Shown: piece by piece, positions 36,678 through 48,979 of the stretch | Layout of the letters: the number at the start of each line of letters is the position of its first letter | Position numbering within the stretch: position 1 is the stretch's first letter | DNA from: Camelus dromedarius | Taxonomy: Eukaryota | Assembly (NCBI RefSeq): GCF_036321535.1 | Contig: NC_087437.1 | Span: 49,540,001-49,604,000, forward strand | Length of the DNA: 64,000 nt | Reading direction: 5' to 3' | Position numbers and translations under genes: made by a program | The notes under the pieces: model-generated | Told to the model about the DNA's origin: nothing | Databases searched by the model: none | What the model saw: only the letters and a program-made list of their open reading frames with translations

Positions 36678-38829
36678 AAATTACCTCTCCATATAAATTC
36701 TAGAATAATCTTATTTATATCTACAAAAATATCTTGCTGGATTTTGATATGAAGTGTTCAGCCCATAAATCAATTTGAGGAGAATCAGCCCCTGTACAAC
36801 ATTGAGTCTTTTTAATCCATCAGCATGATATGTCTCTTCCTTTGTTTAGAGCATCTTTGATTTGTTTTATTAGTGTTTTGTAATCTTCAATGACATAGAA
36901 ATATTTCTTTTTTGTTGTCCATATTCCCAGTTGTAACAATATAATTAATTTTTGTAGTTTATCTTATATCTTATGATCTCGATGAAATCATTATTAATTC
37001 TAGGAGGGTTTTTTGGTGTGTGGATTTTTTTGGATTTTCAGTGAAAACAATCATATTCTCTTCAAACAGAGACAGTTCTACCTTTCCATTCTTATCTCTG
37101 TGCCTTTTATTTACATTTCTTGACTCTCTGCTCTGGCTAAAATTTCTAGCATTTTGTTGAGTAAGAATGGTGAGAGTAAACAGTCTTTTCTCGCTTGCCA
37201 TCTTTGAAGAAAAAAGCATTTAGTCTTTCTCCATTAAGTAAAATGTTACCTGTAGGTTCTTTGTAGATTTCTTCATCAAGTTGAGGAAGCTCCTCTCTAA
37301 TCCTCTTTCTCTGAATTTGTTTTTCCATTTTTTAATTGAAGTATAGTCAGTTTACAATGTTGTGTCAATTTCTGATGTATCTGAAAGTTTTTATCAGAAA
37401 TGAGTGCTGAATTTCGTCAAATGCTTTTTCTGTATCCATTGATATAATCATATTTTTTTCCTTCTTTAGCTTGTTAACATGGTGGATTACATTAACTGAT
37501 TTTTGAATATTAAATCAGTCCTGTACGGCTGGAGTAAATCCCACTCAGTCATGTGTAGAATTATTTTTATATATTGTTAAATTATATTCGCAAATAGGGT
37601 GTTAAGTGTTTTTATGCCTATATTCATACAGGATATTGGTCTGTAGGGTTTTTGGTTTTTTTTGTATTAGGGTAGTTTTAAAATATATTTTCATTTTCAA
37701 TCAGTTCAATGTATTTTTTAAATTTCCCTTGAGAGATCTCTCCTTGAGACTTTAATCTTTGATTCACAGGTCATTTAGAAGTGTGTTGTGTGGTTTCTAA
37801 GTCTTTGGAGATTTTCCTGTTATCCTATTTGTAACTGGTGAAAAGAACATGTATTTTGCTGTTGCTGGGTAGGTGGCTCTATGATGATGATTAGATCCTA
37901 TTGGCTGATGGTGTCATTGAGGTCTTCTATAACCTTGCTGACTTCTGTTTATTCTATCAATTGTTGAAGGAGAGATGTTGAGATCTCCAAATATAATTGT
38001 GAATTTGTCTATTTTACCCTTCAGTTCTATCAGTTTTGCCAGTTTTGCTTTATGTATTTTGCAGTTCTGTTGTTTGGTGTATACACATTTAGGAATGCTA
38101 TCATTTTTTGGTGTATTGAGACTTTATCATTATATAATGTACCTCTCTGTCTCGGGTAATTTTCTTTGCTCTGAAGCTGACTTTACTGATATTAACATAA
38201 CCAATCTACTATCCTTTGATTAATATTTACATGATGCATCTTTTTCATCCTTTTACTTTCAACCTACCTATATCATTATATTTGAAGTGAGTTTCTTGCA
38301 CATAGCATGTAGTTGTGACATGTTTTTAATCCACTTTGCCAATTTCTGTCTTTTAATTGGTGTATTTAGACCATTTACATTTAATATGATTGTATATATA
38401 AAATAGGGTTTAAGTCTGCCATTTTGGATTTTGTTTCCTGTCTTTCATTTCTATTTTCTTCTTTCTGACTGCCTTTTGGTTATTTGAACATTTTCAGAAT
38501 TCTATTTTGACTTCTCTGTAGTATTTTTGAGTGTATCTCTTTGTGTAGCTTTTTAAAATGCTGCCTCTGGTAACAATTTAGAAAACTCAAGAGGAAAAGG
38601 GAAGTCTATTAATTTTGCACATATTTTGCTGACTATGTTCATTCTTCCTTCCTGATGTTCCAAGTTTCTTTCTAAAAGAAGGAAAGCTTGTTTCCTTTCT
38701 GTTTAGAGAAATTCCATTAGCTCTTCTTTTATTCAGATAGCAACAAATTCTCTTAGCTGAGAATATCTTGATTTCCCTTTCAATCCTGAAGAATATTTTC
38801 ACTGGCTATAGGATTCTAGATCAACATTC
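36678..38829 (-). mobile_element. Old L1 (L1MC-like) internal fragment lacking a 3' end
   Basis: Minus-strand ORF2-like remnants (GKVELSLFEENMIVFTENPKKS; NILLNGERLNAF); L1MC-type text GTTTAGAGAAATTCCATTAGC...TTTTCACTGGCTATAGGATTCT. Confidence 0.85.
37321..37380 (-). mobile_element. ~60-bp young L1 3' terminus nested in the old L1
   Basis: TTGAAGTATAGTCAGTTTACAATGTTGTGTCAATTTCTG, the same terminus as the L1s at 49605-49797 and 51098-51765. Confidence 0.8.
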
Positions 38830-40757
38830 TTTTTTTTTTATAACATTTTTTATTGATTTATAATCATTTTACAATGTTGTGTCAATTTCTAGTTTAGAGC
38901 ACAATTTTTCAGTTATACATGAACATATATACATTCATTGTCACATTTTTTTCTCTGTGAGCTACCATAAGCTTTTGTGTATATTTCCTGTGCTATACAG
39001 TATAATCTTGTTTATCTATTCACAATTTTGAAATCCCGTCTATCCCTTCCCACCCTCTGCCTCCTTGGCAACCACAAGTTTGCATTCTATGTCTATGAGT
39101 CTGTTTCTGTTTTATATTTATGCTTTGTTTGTTTTTGTTTTTGTTTTTTTGTTAGATTCCACATATGAGCGATCTCATATGGTATTTTTCTTTCTCTTTC
39201 TGGCTTACTTCACTTAGAATGACATTCTCCAGGAGCATCCATGTTGCTGCAAATGGCGTTATGTTGTCTGGTTTTATGGCTGAGTAGTATTCCATTGTAT
39301 AAATATACCACTTCTTCTTTATCCAGTCATCTGTCAATGGACATTTAGGCTGTTTCCATGTCTTGGCTATTTTAAATAGTCCTGCTATGAACATTGGGGT
39401 GCAGGTGTCTTTTTGAAGTAGGGTTCCTTCTGGATATATGCCCAGGAGTAGGATTCCTGGGTTATATGGTAAGTCTATTCCTAGTCTTTTGAGGAATCTC
39501 CATACTGTTTTCCATAGTGGCTGCACCAAACTGCATTCCCACCAGCAGTGTAGGAGGGTTCCCTTTTCTCCACAGCCTCTCCAGCATTTGTCATTTGTGG
39601 ACTTTTGAATGGTGGCCATTCTGGCTGGTGTGAGGTGATACCTCATTGTAGTTTTGATTTGCATTTCTCTGATAATTAGTGATATTGAACATTTTTTCAT
39701 GTGCCTATTGATCATTCATATGTCTTCATTGGAGAATTGCTTGTTTAGGTCTTCTGCCCATTTTTTGATTGTGTTGTTTGTATTTTTCTTATTAAGTCAT
39801 ATGAGCTGTTTATATATTCTGGAGATCAAGCCTTTGTTGGCTTCATCATTTGCAAAAATGTTCTCCCATTCCGTAGCTTGTCATTTTGTTTTGCTTATGG
39901 TTTCCTTTGCTGTGCAGAAGCTTGTAAGTTTCATTAGGTCCCATTTGTTTATTCTTACTTTTATTTCTATTGCTTGGGTAGACTGCCCCAGGAAAACATT
40001 TTTGAGATGTATGTGAGATAATATTTTACCTATATTTTCTTCTAGGAGATTTATTGTATCTTGTATTATGTTTAAGTCTTTGACCCATTTTGAGTTAATT
40101 TTTGTGTATGGTGTAAGGGAATGTTCTAGCTTCATTGATTTAGATTATGCTGTCCAGTTTTCCCAACACCATTTGCTGAAGAGACTGTCTTTATTCCATT
40201 GTATATTCTTGCCTCCTTTGTCGAAGATTAGTTGACCAAAAGTTTGTGGGTTCATTTCTGGGTTCTCTGTTCCGTTCCTTCGGTCCATATGTCTGTTTTT
40301 GTACCAATACCATGCTGTCTTGATGACTGTAGCTCTATAGTATTGTCTGAAGTCTGGGAGAGTTATTCCTCCAGCCTCTTTCTTTTTCTTCAGCAGTGCT
40401 TTGGCAATTCTAGGTCTTTTGTGGTTCCATATAAATTTTATTATGATTTGTTCTAGTTCTGTGAAATATGTCCTGGGTAATTTGATAGGGATTGCATTAA
40501 ATCTGTAGATTGCCTCGGGCAGTATGACCATTTTAACAATACTGATTCTTCTAATCCAGGAGCATGGGATATCTTTCCATTTTTTGAAGTCTTCTTTAAT
40601 TTCCTTAATCAATGTTTTATAGTTCTCCATGTATAAGTCTTTCACCTCCTTGGTTAGATTTATTCCTAGGTATTTTATTACTTTGGGTGCTATTTTAAAG
40701 GGAATTGTTTCTTTACTTTCTTTTCCTGTTGATTCATTGTTAGTGTAAAGAAATGCA
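38830..40757 (-). mobile_element. Lineage-specific L1: 3' non-inverted arm (ORF2 C-terminal part, 3' UTR, poly(A))
   Basis: One reading frame from AFLYTNNE to the CCHC motif [18 protein letters not shown] and the stop at 39152, with 4 in-frame stops and no frameshift; poly(T) at 38830-38839. Confidence 0.97.
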
Positions 40758-41349
40758 AAAATCCTTACCAAAATATTAGCAAATAGAATCCAACAGTACA
40801 TAAAAAAGATTATACATCATGATCAAATGGGGTTCATCCCAGGGACACAAGGGTGGTTCAACATACACAAATCAATCAGTGTAATACATCAGTTCAACAA
40901 GAGAAAGGGCAAAAACCACATGATAATCTCAACAGATGCAGAAAAAGCATTTGATAAAATTCAACACCCATTTATGATAAAAACTCTCACCAAAGTGGGT
41001 ATAGAGAGAACATATCTCAACATCATAAAAGCTCTATATTACAAACCTACAGCCAGCATAGTACTCAATGATGAAAAACTCAAAAGCTTCCTACTAAAAT
41101 CTGGGACAAGACAAGGCTGCCCACTATCACCACTCCTATTCAACATAGTCTTGGAAGTCCTAGCCACAGCAATCAGGCAACAGAGAGAAATAAAAGGGAT
41201 CCAAATTGGAAAAGAAGAGGTAAAAGTGTCACTATATGCAGATGACATGATACTATATATAGAAAACTCTAAAAGAGCCACACAAAAACTACTAGAACTA
41301 ATCAAAGAATTCAGCAAACTTGCAGGTTACAAGATGAACAGATAAAAAT
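40753..41349 (+). mobile_element. Same L1: 5'-inverted arm encoding the reverse-transcriptase core
   Basis: Translates as [14 protein letters not shown]...GFIPG...[13 protein letters not shown]...[10 protein letters not shown]...YADD...[10 protein letters not shown]. Confidence 0.97.
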
Positions 41350-41359
41350 ATTATATTTT

Positions 41360-41960
41360 AAAAAGATTTGAGATAGTTGTCCATGTTTTCCAATGAGAAT
41401 AATTGAGTATAAAAGGTGAAAATGACAATACAGAAAGATGATACAAAAAGTGGGGCCCTTGAGTTGATGAAAGAAAATGGGATTCAGAGGACAAGTAGAG
41501 GGGTTAGTTCTCTATAGGATCAGAGACACTACTATTGACACGTGAGGAAAGATGGACAGATATATTGCAGAGTAAGGGCTGACTAGATGAGGGAATTCCT
41601 CTACACTGGACCAGTGACAGTCAAAAGAAATTTCTATATCTGTCCTGTCTGATATGGAAACAACTAGACACATATAGCTACTTAGTACTTAAAATGTGGC
41701 TAGTACATCTAAAGAACTAAATTTTAAATTTAAGTTAATTTGAATTTAAATAGCTACACATGGCTCGTGGCTATCATATTTGACAGCATAACTCTAGATG
41801 AAGGATAAGGTAAATTCTTTGGCTGAGAGTAAAGCTGGGAGGTGAGAATATGGGTAGAAGTTGAAAGTTTCAGAAGAGATGAAAAGATATAAAGGAGTCA
41901 TCTTGATTTGTAGTCATGACCAGTTAGCAGAGTTGTGTGATATTCTCCAACAGAATTCAG
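41360..41960 (-). mobile_element. L2 internal fragment
   Basis: GGGATTCAGAGGACAAGTAGAGGGGTTAG...TTTGGCTGAGAGT. Confidence 0.55.
41600..41791. mobile_element. MER3 (hAT-Charlie MITE) nested in L2
   Basis: TTTCTATATCTGTCCTGTC...ACTTAAAATGTGGCTAGT...TTTAAATAGCTACACATGGCTCGTGGCTATCATATTTGACAGC. Confidence 0.85.
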
Positions 41961-43084
41961 CAGCAGGAAAACCATATCATAAAAACATTATGACATAGGA
42001 GATGAAAATCTCCTTAGAGAGTCCAATTCCACATTCCAGTGGATGAAATAGATGGTCATGAAAATTAACTAAAGTTACTGGCTCAAGGCATCATGACAAC
42101 TGCCTGGCCTAACCAGGTCCTTTGGCATTTTGTTCCCTGAAGATTACTATTCTTTCCTTAATTTGTATGTCTCCTCTTGGCACCTCTATCTGAGCAATTC
42201 AAGGCCTCAGGAAAATGCTTTAGTGTGCTCTGAAATCAGACCTGCTTTGGGACCCAGACTGATCTCAGCAAAGAATGGGGTTCCCAATATCACTCATGTA
42301 AAAAATGTGTCCAATATTTTGCCTTAAACCATGTTCCTTTGGCTTCTTTTGTGCCTATTGTGCCTATCTTGATGCTTTAATAGAGATGGAGAAGCTGCAA
42401 CCAGATGAATTATATAGGAACGTAATGCCTGGTGAATGGCGCGACCAATTCTTCAACTACTTCCTCACAGTTTCTGCAACACACAAGATGATGGGTTGTG
42501 CTCTCTTAATTCTCTGATAATTTGTACATCGAGTCTTCCATTATATGATCTGGTCTTGTGGCGAGCAAGTTGCAGTACAACCAGTTTGTATATCTGCCTC
42601 TGCTACTGGGGGGGTCACCTGGAGACAATCCTCTGCCTCCACAAGAGAGGAACACAATTGTGTCTCTCTTCCATTTTTGTCTGCAGTGCTTACAGTTCAT
42701 TATATGAGCAATTTCCTGTCTTCTATAATAGATTTTTAGTCCTCAATAAGAAAGGCGAAAAGGAAAATAAATGAACAATTACTGAGGTCCTACCGTGTGA
42801 CAAGTGCCATCACATAAATCGTTTATTGATTCAACAAACAGCATATGTACAATCTGATTAAATGAATGGAAGTTACAGAGATGATGAGGACAAGGGCCAT
42901 GCTTCAGAGGAGCTCATAGTCTACTGAGAGAGTCTAAGGAGAAAGAGCAGACTAAGTAATACTGTCATAAAGCTCAACACGCCTTGGAGGTAAGTATCGT
43001 TAAAAATGTTTTGCTGTTGTTGTGCCCTAAAATACTAGCAGAAAAAAAAAATCATCAGCTTTGACTTGATCGGTCTTTAACAGA

Positions 43085-43290
43085 CAGGGAGTTGGAGTCT
43101 TGTAAAACGAGCCCCGGGACTGAATCAGGCAGAAAGTCACTGAAATTCACTCCTGGCTCCTGGGCGTCCAGCTGTGTGAACAAGGACTTGTCATATAATG
43201 TCTTCTAAACTTGAGATCCCACATCTTTAAGGCGCAGGTAAATAATACCTACTTCAAGGTGAGGATTATACAAGATGTGTCTGGGAATGT
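43085..43290 (+). mobile_element. MIR SINE
   Basis: CAGCTGTGTGA...AATAATACCTACTTCAAGGTGAGGATTA. Confidence 0.6.
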
Positions 43291-43689
43291 CATAGACATA
43301 AAGTAGATGTTGGACGATTTTGAATCAAGCCATTTCATTGTTCTGGCTTTCCCCCAGGATTTTATTTTTATTTTGTTTGGTTTGTTTACTTGTTTAAAAA
43401 AAAGGTTAAGGAGATGGGCAGAAGGATGAAGCAGAAGGGTGGGGAAAGAAATGAGGTGCATTTATATTGTTGAGGGGATTGCAGATTTGTAATCTATAAA
43501 ACTAAAGTTTTAGCTTTAAGATTGTGAAAAGGACTCTGCTCGAGGGTGGAGCTCAATGGTGTTTCATGTCCTGGCACCTGGGGTTGCCTTCTCAAGGATT
43601 TACAGGCAACAAATTAAAACCACTGTTACCTCTAATGCCATTTCTAATCAGTGTATCCTGCACGGTAATATGAGGCCTTTATGCTTGGA

Positions 43690-44660
43690 ACCACCAGATG
43701 GGCTACAAATTAATGTAAATTAGTTGACGCAAAGCAATTTTGGTTGAACCAAACTGACCTAGCAAAATGCAAACTCATCGTAACTGTGGGGGCTGTTTGT
43801 TCGTTTTCCTTTTGAGGGCCTGAATGCAGGGTCCCCTACGCTGTCTAATGACACTAATAACATCTCTGAGTATCCTGCTCCCCAATTTAGTGCTTCCTTG
43901 AATGATAAGGTGGCACTGGAAAGTACTGAATGGCCAACCCTAGGAAGCCATTCTACAAATTACTGCCTCCAGAAAGTCATGGCTTCTTAAGGATGCCAAG
44001 CCATAGCAAAAACATGTTTGGGGGCTTGCCTACAGATATTTAAGTGACTTGAGAACACAAGAGTCTTCCCAAAGGCCTTAGAGGAGGCCACTAATCTCCC
44101 ATATCTAGAGTCATTTGGGCCCAGGGAAGCATGGCCTTGAATGGAACGCACACCTTCTCCGTCCCGGCGCTAGCATAACCTGTGTGCTGGAAAATTTGCA
44201 TCCATAGCAATGCCCTGTGCGGGACCTGACCGCTCCATCCCAGTTGACTATGGAAGGAAGCCAAAGATGGGGGGGAGAGGCGGTGTTGGTGCATTTATTT
44301 GCATTTGCCATTTTTATTTGCCTCAGGGATATTAGACTGCAGGTCTCCCTAAGCATGAACTGTTTGTTAAAGTCTGGTGTTGGCTTTTGTGGACTGGTCT
44401 AGCCAAGAGTTGTTTTAGCCCAAATGGGGAGATGGGGGTGGGGCCAGGGTGGGGTTAGACATCTGCAGAGCCCAACAACCGTTACCAAGGCCTAGCTCGG
44501 CTCTGCCTCTACCTGCCAAACGGTAAACAAAGCCCCTGGGAGAACTCGGGCGGGCTGAACACCTTGGTCAAACACTAAGCAAACCACCACCAGGTGTGCT
44601 TGCAGAACAGACTCTCCATCAGCGTCCTGTCATGCAGAAAATGTTTATCCAATTTGTCAA
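43690..44660. promoter_or_regulatory. Candidate enhancer/promoter-like motif cluster
   Basis: Octamers ATTTGCAT (44194, 44297), GGGTGGGG boxes (44434-44454), GTAAACAAA (44523), GGGCGGG (44548), in sequence with no recognised repeat. Confidence 0.35.
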
Positions 44661-45739
44661 GATAATCTTTCCTCAAATAAGCCTTGGGCCTACTCCTTGG
44701 AACAGCCTGAATTTAGTCGGTATAATGTAACTCTATTTTTTTCGCCCATTTTCCTTTAATCGCTGTGTCAACTTTTCCCTGGCTTTAAGCAAACTGAAAG
44801 TAATTATATCATTCTTAAGTGAGTAATCTTTTGACTGGGTTAGCCGATTCGTGAGTTACTCTAAAATTCTTCTAAACCTTGCAGTCCTTTTCCAAACACA
44901 TTTTCTTAGATGTTTCACAAAGTTCGGCTCATCGATGACCCGTGGATGTGTTTATTCTGTCACGTCTTGTGGCTACGCCATGACTGTATTAGGACATTTG
45001 AAAAGAAGTTGAGTGTGGAAATTTGATAGAGGGAAAAAAAGGTAACTTTACCCACTAATTTAGGTATTTCTTGGAAATATTACAGCCATTGTAAATAACT
45101 TGCAGCTTCAAGCATGAAAAACGTTTGATTAGTGGTTTGAATCATGGTGTAATATTAAAGGCTGAGCTTTACGAACTTAAAAGCATTTACTCCTTTCATT
45201 TCATTATATAATTTCTTGGCTATTTGACACCCTGTGTGATACCGTTTAGTTTAAAAAACAGAAGCGCTCAAGGTTACCACATTTTTTTTTCTTTTAGTTC
45301 TCCTCATTGACATACTCCCACAGAACTCATGATATATTTAAAAATAGAAAGCTCAGCCATCTGGCCATTTGATGGTTTCTATTTTTGTTTCTCTTTGCAT
45401 TCACAAGCTCTGTTGAGTCTGAAATTCCCTGTGTTCTGCCCTATATGTAATTGTGTATATGTACACACACAGTTTCTCATTTAAATTTAGCCATTATCAA
45501 TCTGGGTTTGTTTTACCGACCACAGTGGCACTTTTGTGGGGACACTAACCTTGTTTCATCTATGCATTAGTCAAATCTGCATTAAATCCTGACTTTGAAG
45601 ATTGTTACCCAAAGTCTAGGGGATGCCAAGTCAAAGGCATTTCTCATTAATAGGCACCCACCCATGTTTACTCAGAAATTTCATTGCTAGTAATATGCTC
45701 CTTGCTTTGGCTTTGATGGAAAAGATGGAACCACAAGGC

Positions 45740-45890
45740 CAGAGGGAAATTTAAAACTCATCTAATTCATCCCCTTCATTTTATACCTGAGGAATCTGGG
45801 GTCTAGATGGACAGAGACTTGCGCAAGGTCATATAGCTAATTTGTAGCCAAATTTCTTTTAGAATCCAGGTCTCTTGACTTTTTCTAATG
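45740..45890 (-). mobile_element. MIR SINE fragment
   Basis: TCATTTTATACCTGAGGAATCTGGGG...GACTTGCGCAAGGTCATATAGCTA. Confidence 0.7.
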
Positions 45891-46107
45891 TTCTGTCCAT
45901 TTTCATAAAACTGGATAAGAGCTATTACAGATAATTTTGGGGACGTTCACAAGTGTACATTTGAATTATGTTCATTATACATTTATAACTTTTGATATTT
46001 ATAGGATTGTGTTTAAAAGCAAAATTAAAGTGCGTTGTTATGCTTTGATGAGTGAAGGAAAGTGACCTCAAACTTTATTTAACGAGCTGGTTAAAAAGAC
46101 AGTTCCC

Positions 46108-47230
46108 TGAAGAGAATGAGAAGACAAGCTACAGCCTGGGAGAAAATGCTTACAAAAGACACATCTGATAAAGGACTGGTATCCAAAATATACAAGGAAC
46201 TCTTAAAACTCAACAATAAGAAAATAAATGACCCAATTAAAAAAATGGGTAAAAGATCTGGACAGACATCTCATCAAAGAAAATAAACAGACGGTAAGTA
46301 AACTTATCAAAAGATGCTCCATATCATATGTCATTAGGGAACTGCAAACTAAAACAATGTGACCCCCTTATATACATATTTGAATGGCCAAAATCCAAAA
46401 CATTAACACCACCAAATGCTGGGAACCATGCGGAGAGACAGAACTCATTCACCGCTGATAGGAATAGAAAATGGTACAGCCACTTTGAAAGACAGTTTGG
46501 CAATTTCTTTCAAAACTAAACATACTCTTACCATACGGTCTAGCAAAATCATGCTCCTTGGTATTTACCCAAATGAGTTGAAAACTTATGTTTACACAAA
46601 GACCTACACATGGGTGTTTATAGCAGCCTTTTTTATAATTGCCCAAACCTGGAAGCAACCAAGATGTTCTTCAGTAGGTGAATGGATAAACAAACTGTGG
46701 TAATTCCAGACAATGCAACATTAGTCAGTGCTAAAAAGAAATGAGCTATCAAGTCATGAAAAGACATGGAGGAATCTTAAATATATATATTATTCAGTGA
46801 AAAAAGCCAGTCTGAAAAGACAACATACTATATGATTCCAGCTGTAGGGCATACTGGAAAAGGCAAAACTATGAAAACAGTAAAAGGTCGGTGGCTGTCA
46901 GAGGTTAGTTGGGAAGGAGGGATGAGCAGGTGGAGCACAGAGGAGTTTTAGGGCAGTGAAACTACTCTATATGATGCTGTAATGGTGGATATATATCATT
47001 ACACACTTGTCCAAACTCAACACCAAGAGTGAATCCCAGTGTAACCTAGGGACTCTGGGTGATAATGATGTGCCAAGGCAGGTTCACTGATTGCAGCAAA
47101 CGGACTACTGTGGTGGGGGATTTTAGCGGGAGAGATTGTGAGTGTGTGGGGACAGGAGGTGTCTGAGAGCTCTGTCCTTTCTGCTCAATGTTGCTGTGAA
47201 CCTAAAACTGGTCAAAAAAATAAAATCCAT
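46108..47230 (+). mobile_element. L1MC-like 3' end (ORF2 tail and 3' UTR)
   Basis: LLGIYPNELKTYVYTKTYTWVFIAAFFIIAQTWKQPRC; terminus TTGCTGTGAACCTAAAACTG...AAAATAAAAT. Confidence 0.9.
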
Positions 47231-47246
47231 TAATTAATTTAATTAA

Positions 47247-47390
47247 TTTTTTTGTTTGGGTTTTTTGGGGGCAGGTAATTAGGTTTATTTATTTTAATTT
47301 TTTTTTTTTTTTGGATGGAAGTACTGGGGATTGAACCCAGGACCTCATGCATGCTAAGCATGTGCTCTACCACTGAGCCATACCCTTCCC
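47247..47390 (-). mobile_element. Camelid tRNA-derived SINE (Vic-1-like), long form, in the L1MC tail
   Basis: GGTAATTAGGTTTATTT...GTACTGGGGATTGAACCCAGGACC...CTCTACCACTGAGCCATACCC. Confidence 0.93.
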
Positions 47391-48224
47391 ACTGATTTTA
47401 AAAAATAGGTAGATTGCTGCTCTGCTACACCTCACCACCCGACTCCTCCACCCCACCTCCCCATCCCACCCCCTCCACTTCTACCTGCCCCTCCCCCATT
47501 AGTGCTAACTTATCTATTCTGAAGTGAGACCCTGGAATCTGCGTTTTCAGCAGTTTTGATGAGGGTTGGGAAACTGTGCTTTCAGAAATCCTAGTCTCCA
47601 CCTTCAAGCCTGCTAAGGATGTAGCTCATCTTTGAAGAGACACACTGTTTATTCAGTCTGTAGACAATGCTTGCTTTCAATATGCACTGGCTAACAACAG
47701 CCTCCTGAAGTAACCTACCGCTTGGGAATTCCTCCTTTGCAATTAAGCTGGTTAAATCGGAGATCAAATGTTTTGGAAAGAGGAAGGGCACCAGGCAGGG
47801 CTACAGGGTGGCTATTTCCCTCTTCATGCTGGAGGTGAGGACCTGCGGGGAGTATCTCCACCAGCCAGACTGTTCGGCCTGCACTGGTTGGCTGCACCTG
47901 CTTCTGGCCTTTGCTCTCCTGTTCCGCCATAAGACAGCAAAACTTCTAGCCAAGGAATTGCCTGCTAGAAGTCAGCAGGAGCAAAGTATTCCTCAGAGAG
48001 TTTGGTCCTAACCAGGGTCTACCGAGTTCTCCCAGGCAGCTGCAGGCAATGGCGGGCCAAGTAGGAAACAGTATCTCAGCTGAGAATTCGAGGCCCTTTC
48101 TGATTTCTTAGCATTTCTAAGTCGTTTCTTGGGGGCATTGTTGTCGACGTGCAGGACGCTCTTCTAGGCAGGATGTATCAGGGAGCCAGATGCTTGTCCT
48201 CACGGAGCTTACATTCTATCTGCA

Positions 48225-48400
48225 AGAGCTAACACTTACATGGCTCCTCCTGTGTGCCTGGCACTCCAAACACATTAATTCATTTAACCCTCACAGCACT
48301 GCGGGTTACGTGGTAATGTTAGCCCTGTTTGCAGTTGCAGAGACTAAGGCACAGAGAGGTTGAGAAGTTTTCGCAGGGTCCCACACATCATCGTGGTGGC
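48225..48400 (-). mobile_element. MIR SINE
   Basis: TCATTTAACCCTCACAGC...GACTAAGGCACAGAGAGGTT. Confidence 0.75.
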
Positions 48401-48979
48401 AACAAAGACTGTGGTTCAGTGCTTCCCAAGAGCATTGCTTTCCTCTGGGTCCTTGGGCACAGATTACGCTACCTCAGCAGCCTTTAATTATTTGTAAGGA
48501 GGGAAAGGGGACTAAAATTGACTAAATACAGACCGGGTGCAGGGGACTCAGTTAGAAACTCTCCATTCTGATCTTATTTAATGCTCATGGCAACCTAGGT
48601 GGAAAGTTGCAGAGCTGACAAAAGATGGAGTTTTTCTTATTTCAACATCCACATAGTGCTGGGAAAATGCACATGACTGACCTTATGCAAACTCACTGGC
48701 CCCACTAGAGAAAAACAGAAAACACGTAATTTGTATTCTTAACTCAGAGTACACGATGGCCTGCAGAGGTCTGTGAATGCCTTCAAGCGATTCCTAAAGT
48801 AAATTTGGTGAATAGCATGATCTTTGCATTGTCTTAAAGTGTCTCCTCACAGATTGCTGTAGTTGCAACAGAGAGCAAAGCACAGCAAATAGATAGCAGA
48901 GAAATTGTAGAACTACTGGCACAACTGGAATAGGGATGGAGAATGAGATAAAAACATACAAATGGATAAAGTTGAAACT

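Noticed and set aside
40145..40801. 218-aa ORF as a possible gene
   Set aside because: Chimeric artefact: its first residues are the antisense of the inverted L1 arm read across the junction into ORF2.
42305..42774. Overlapping ORFs in non-repeat-looking sequence
   Set aside because: No recognisable homology on either strand and no paired splice signals.
47451..47473. Minus-strand G4 motif (another at about 53755-53789)
   Set aside because: Isolated low-complexity C-runs without supporting context.
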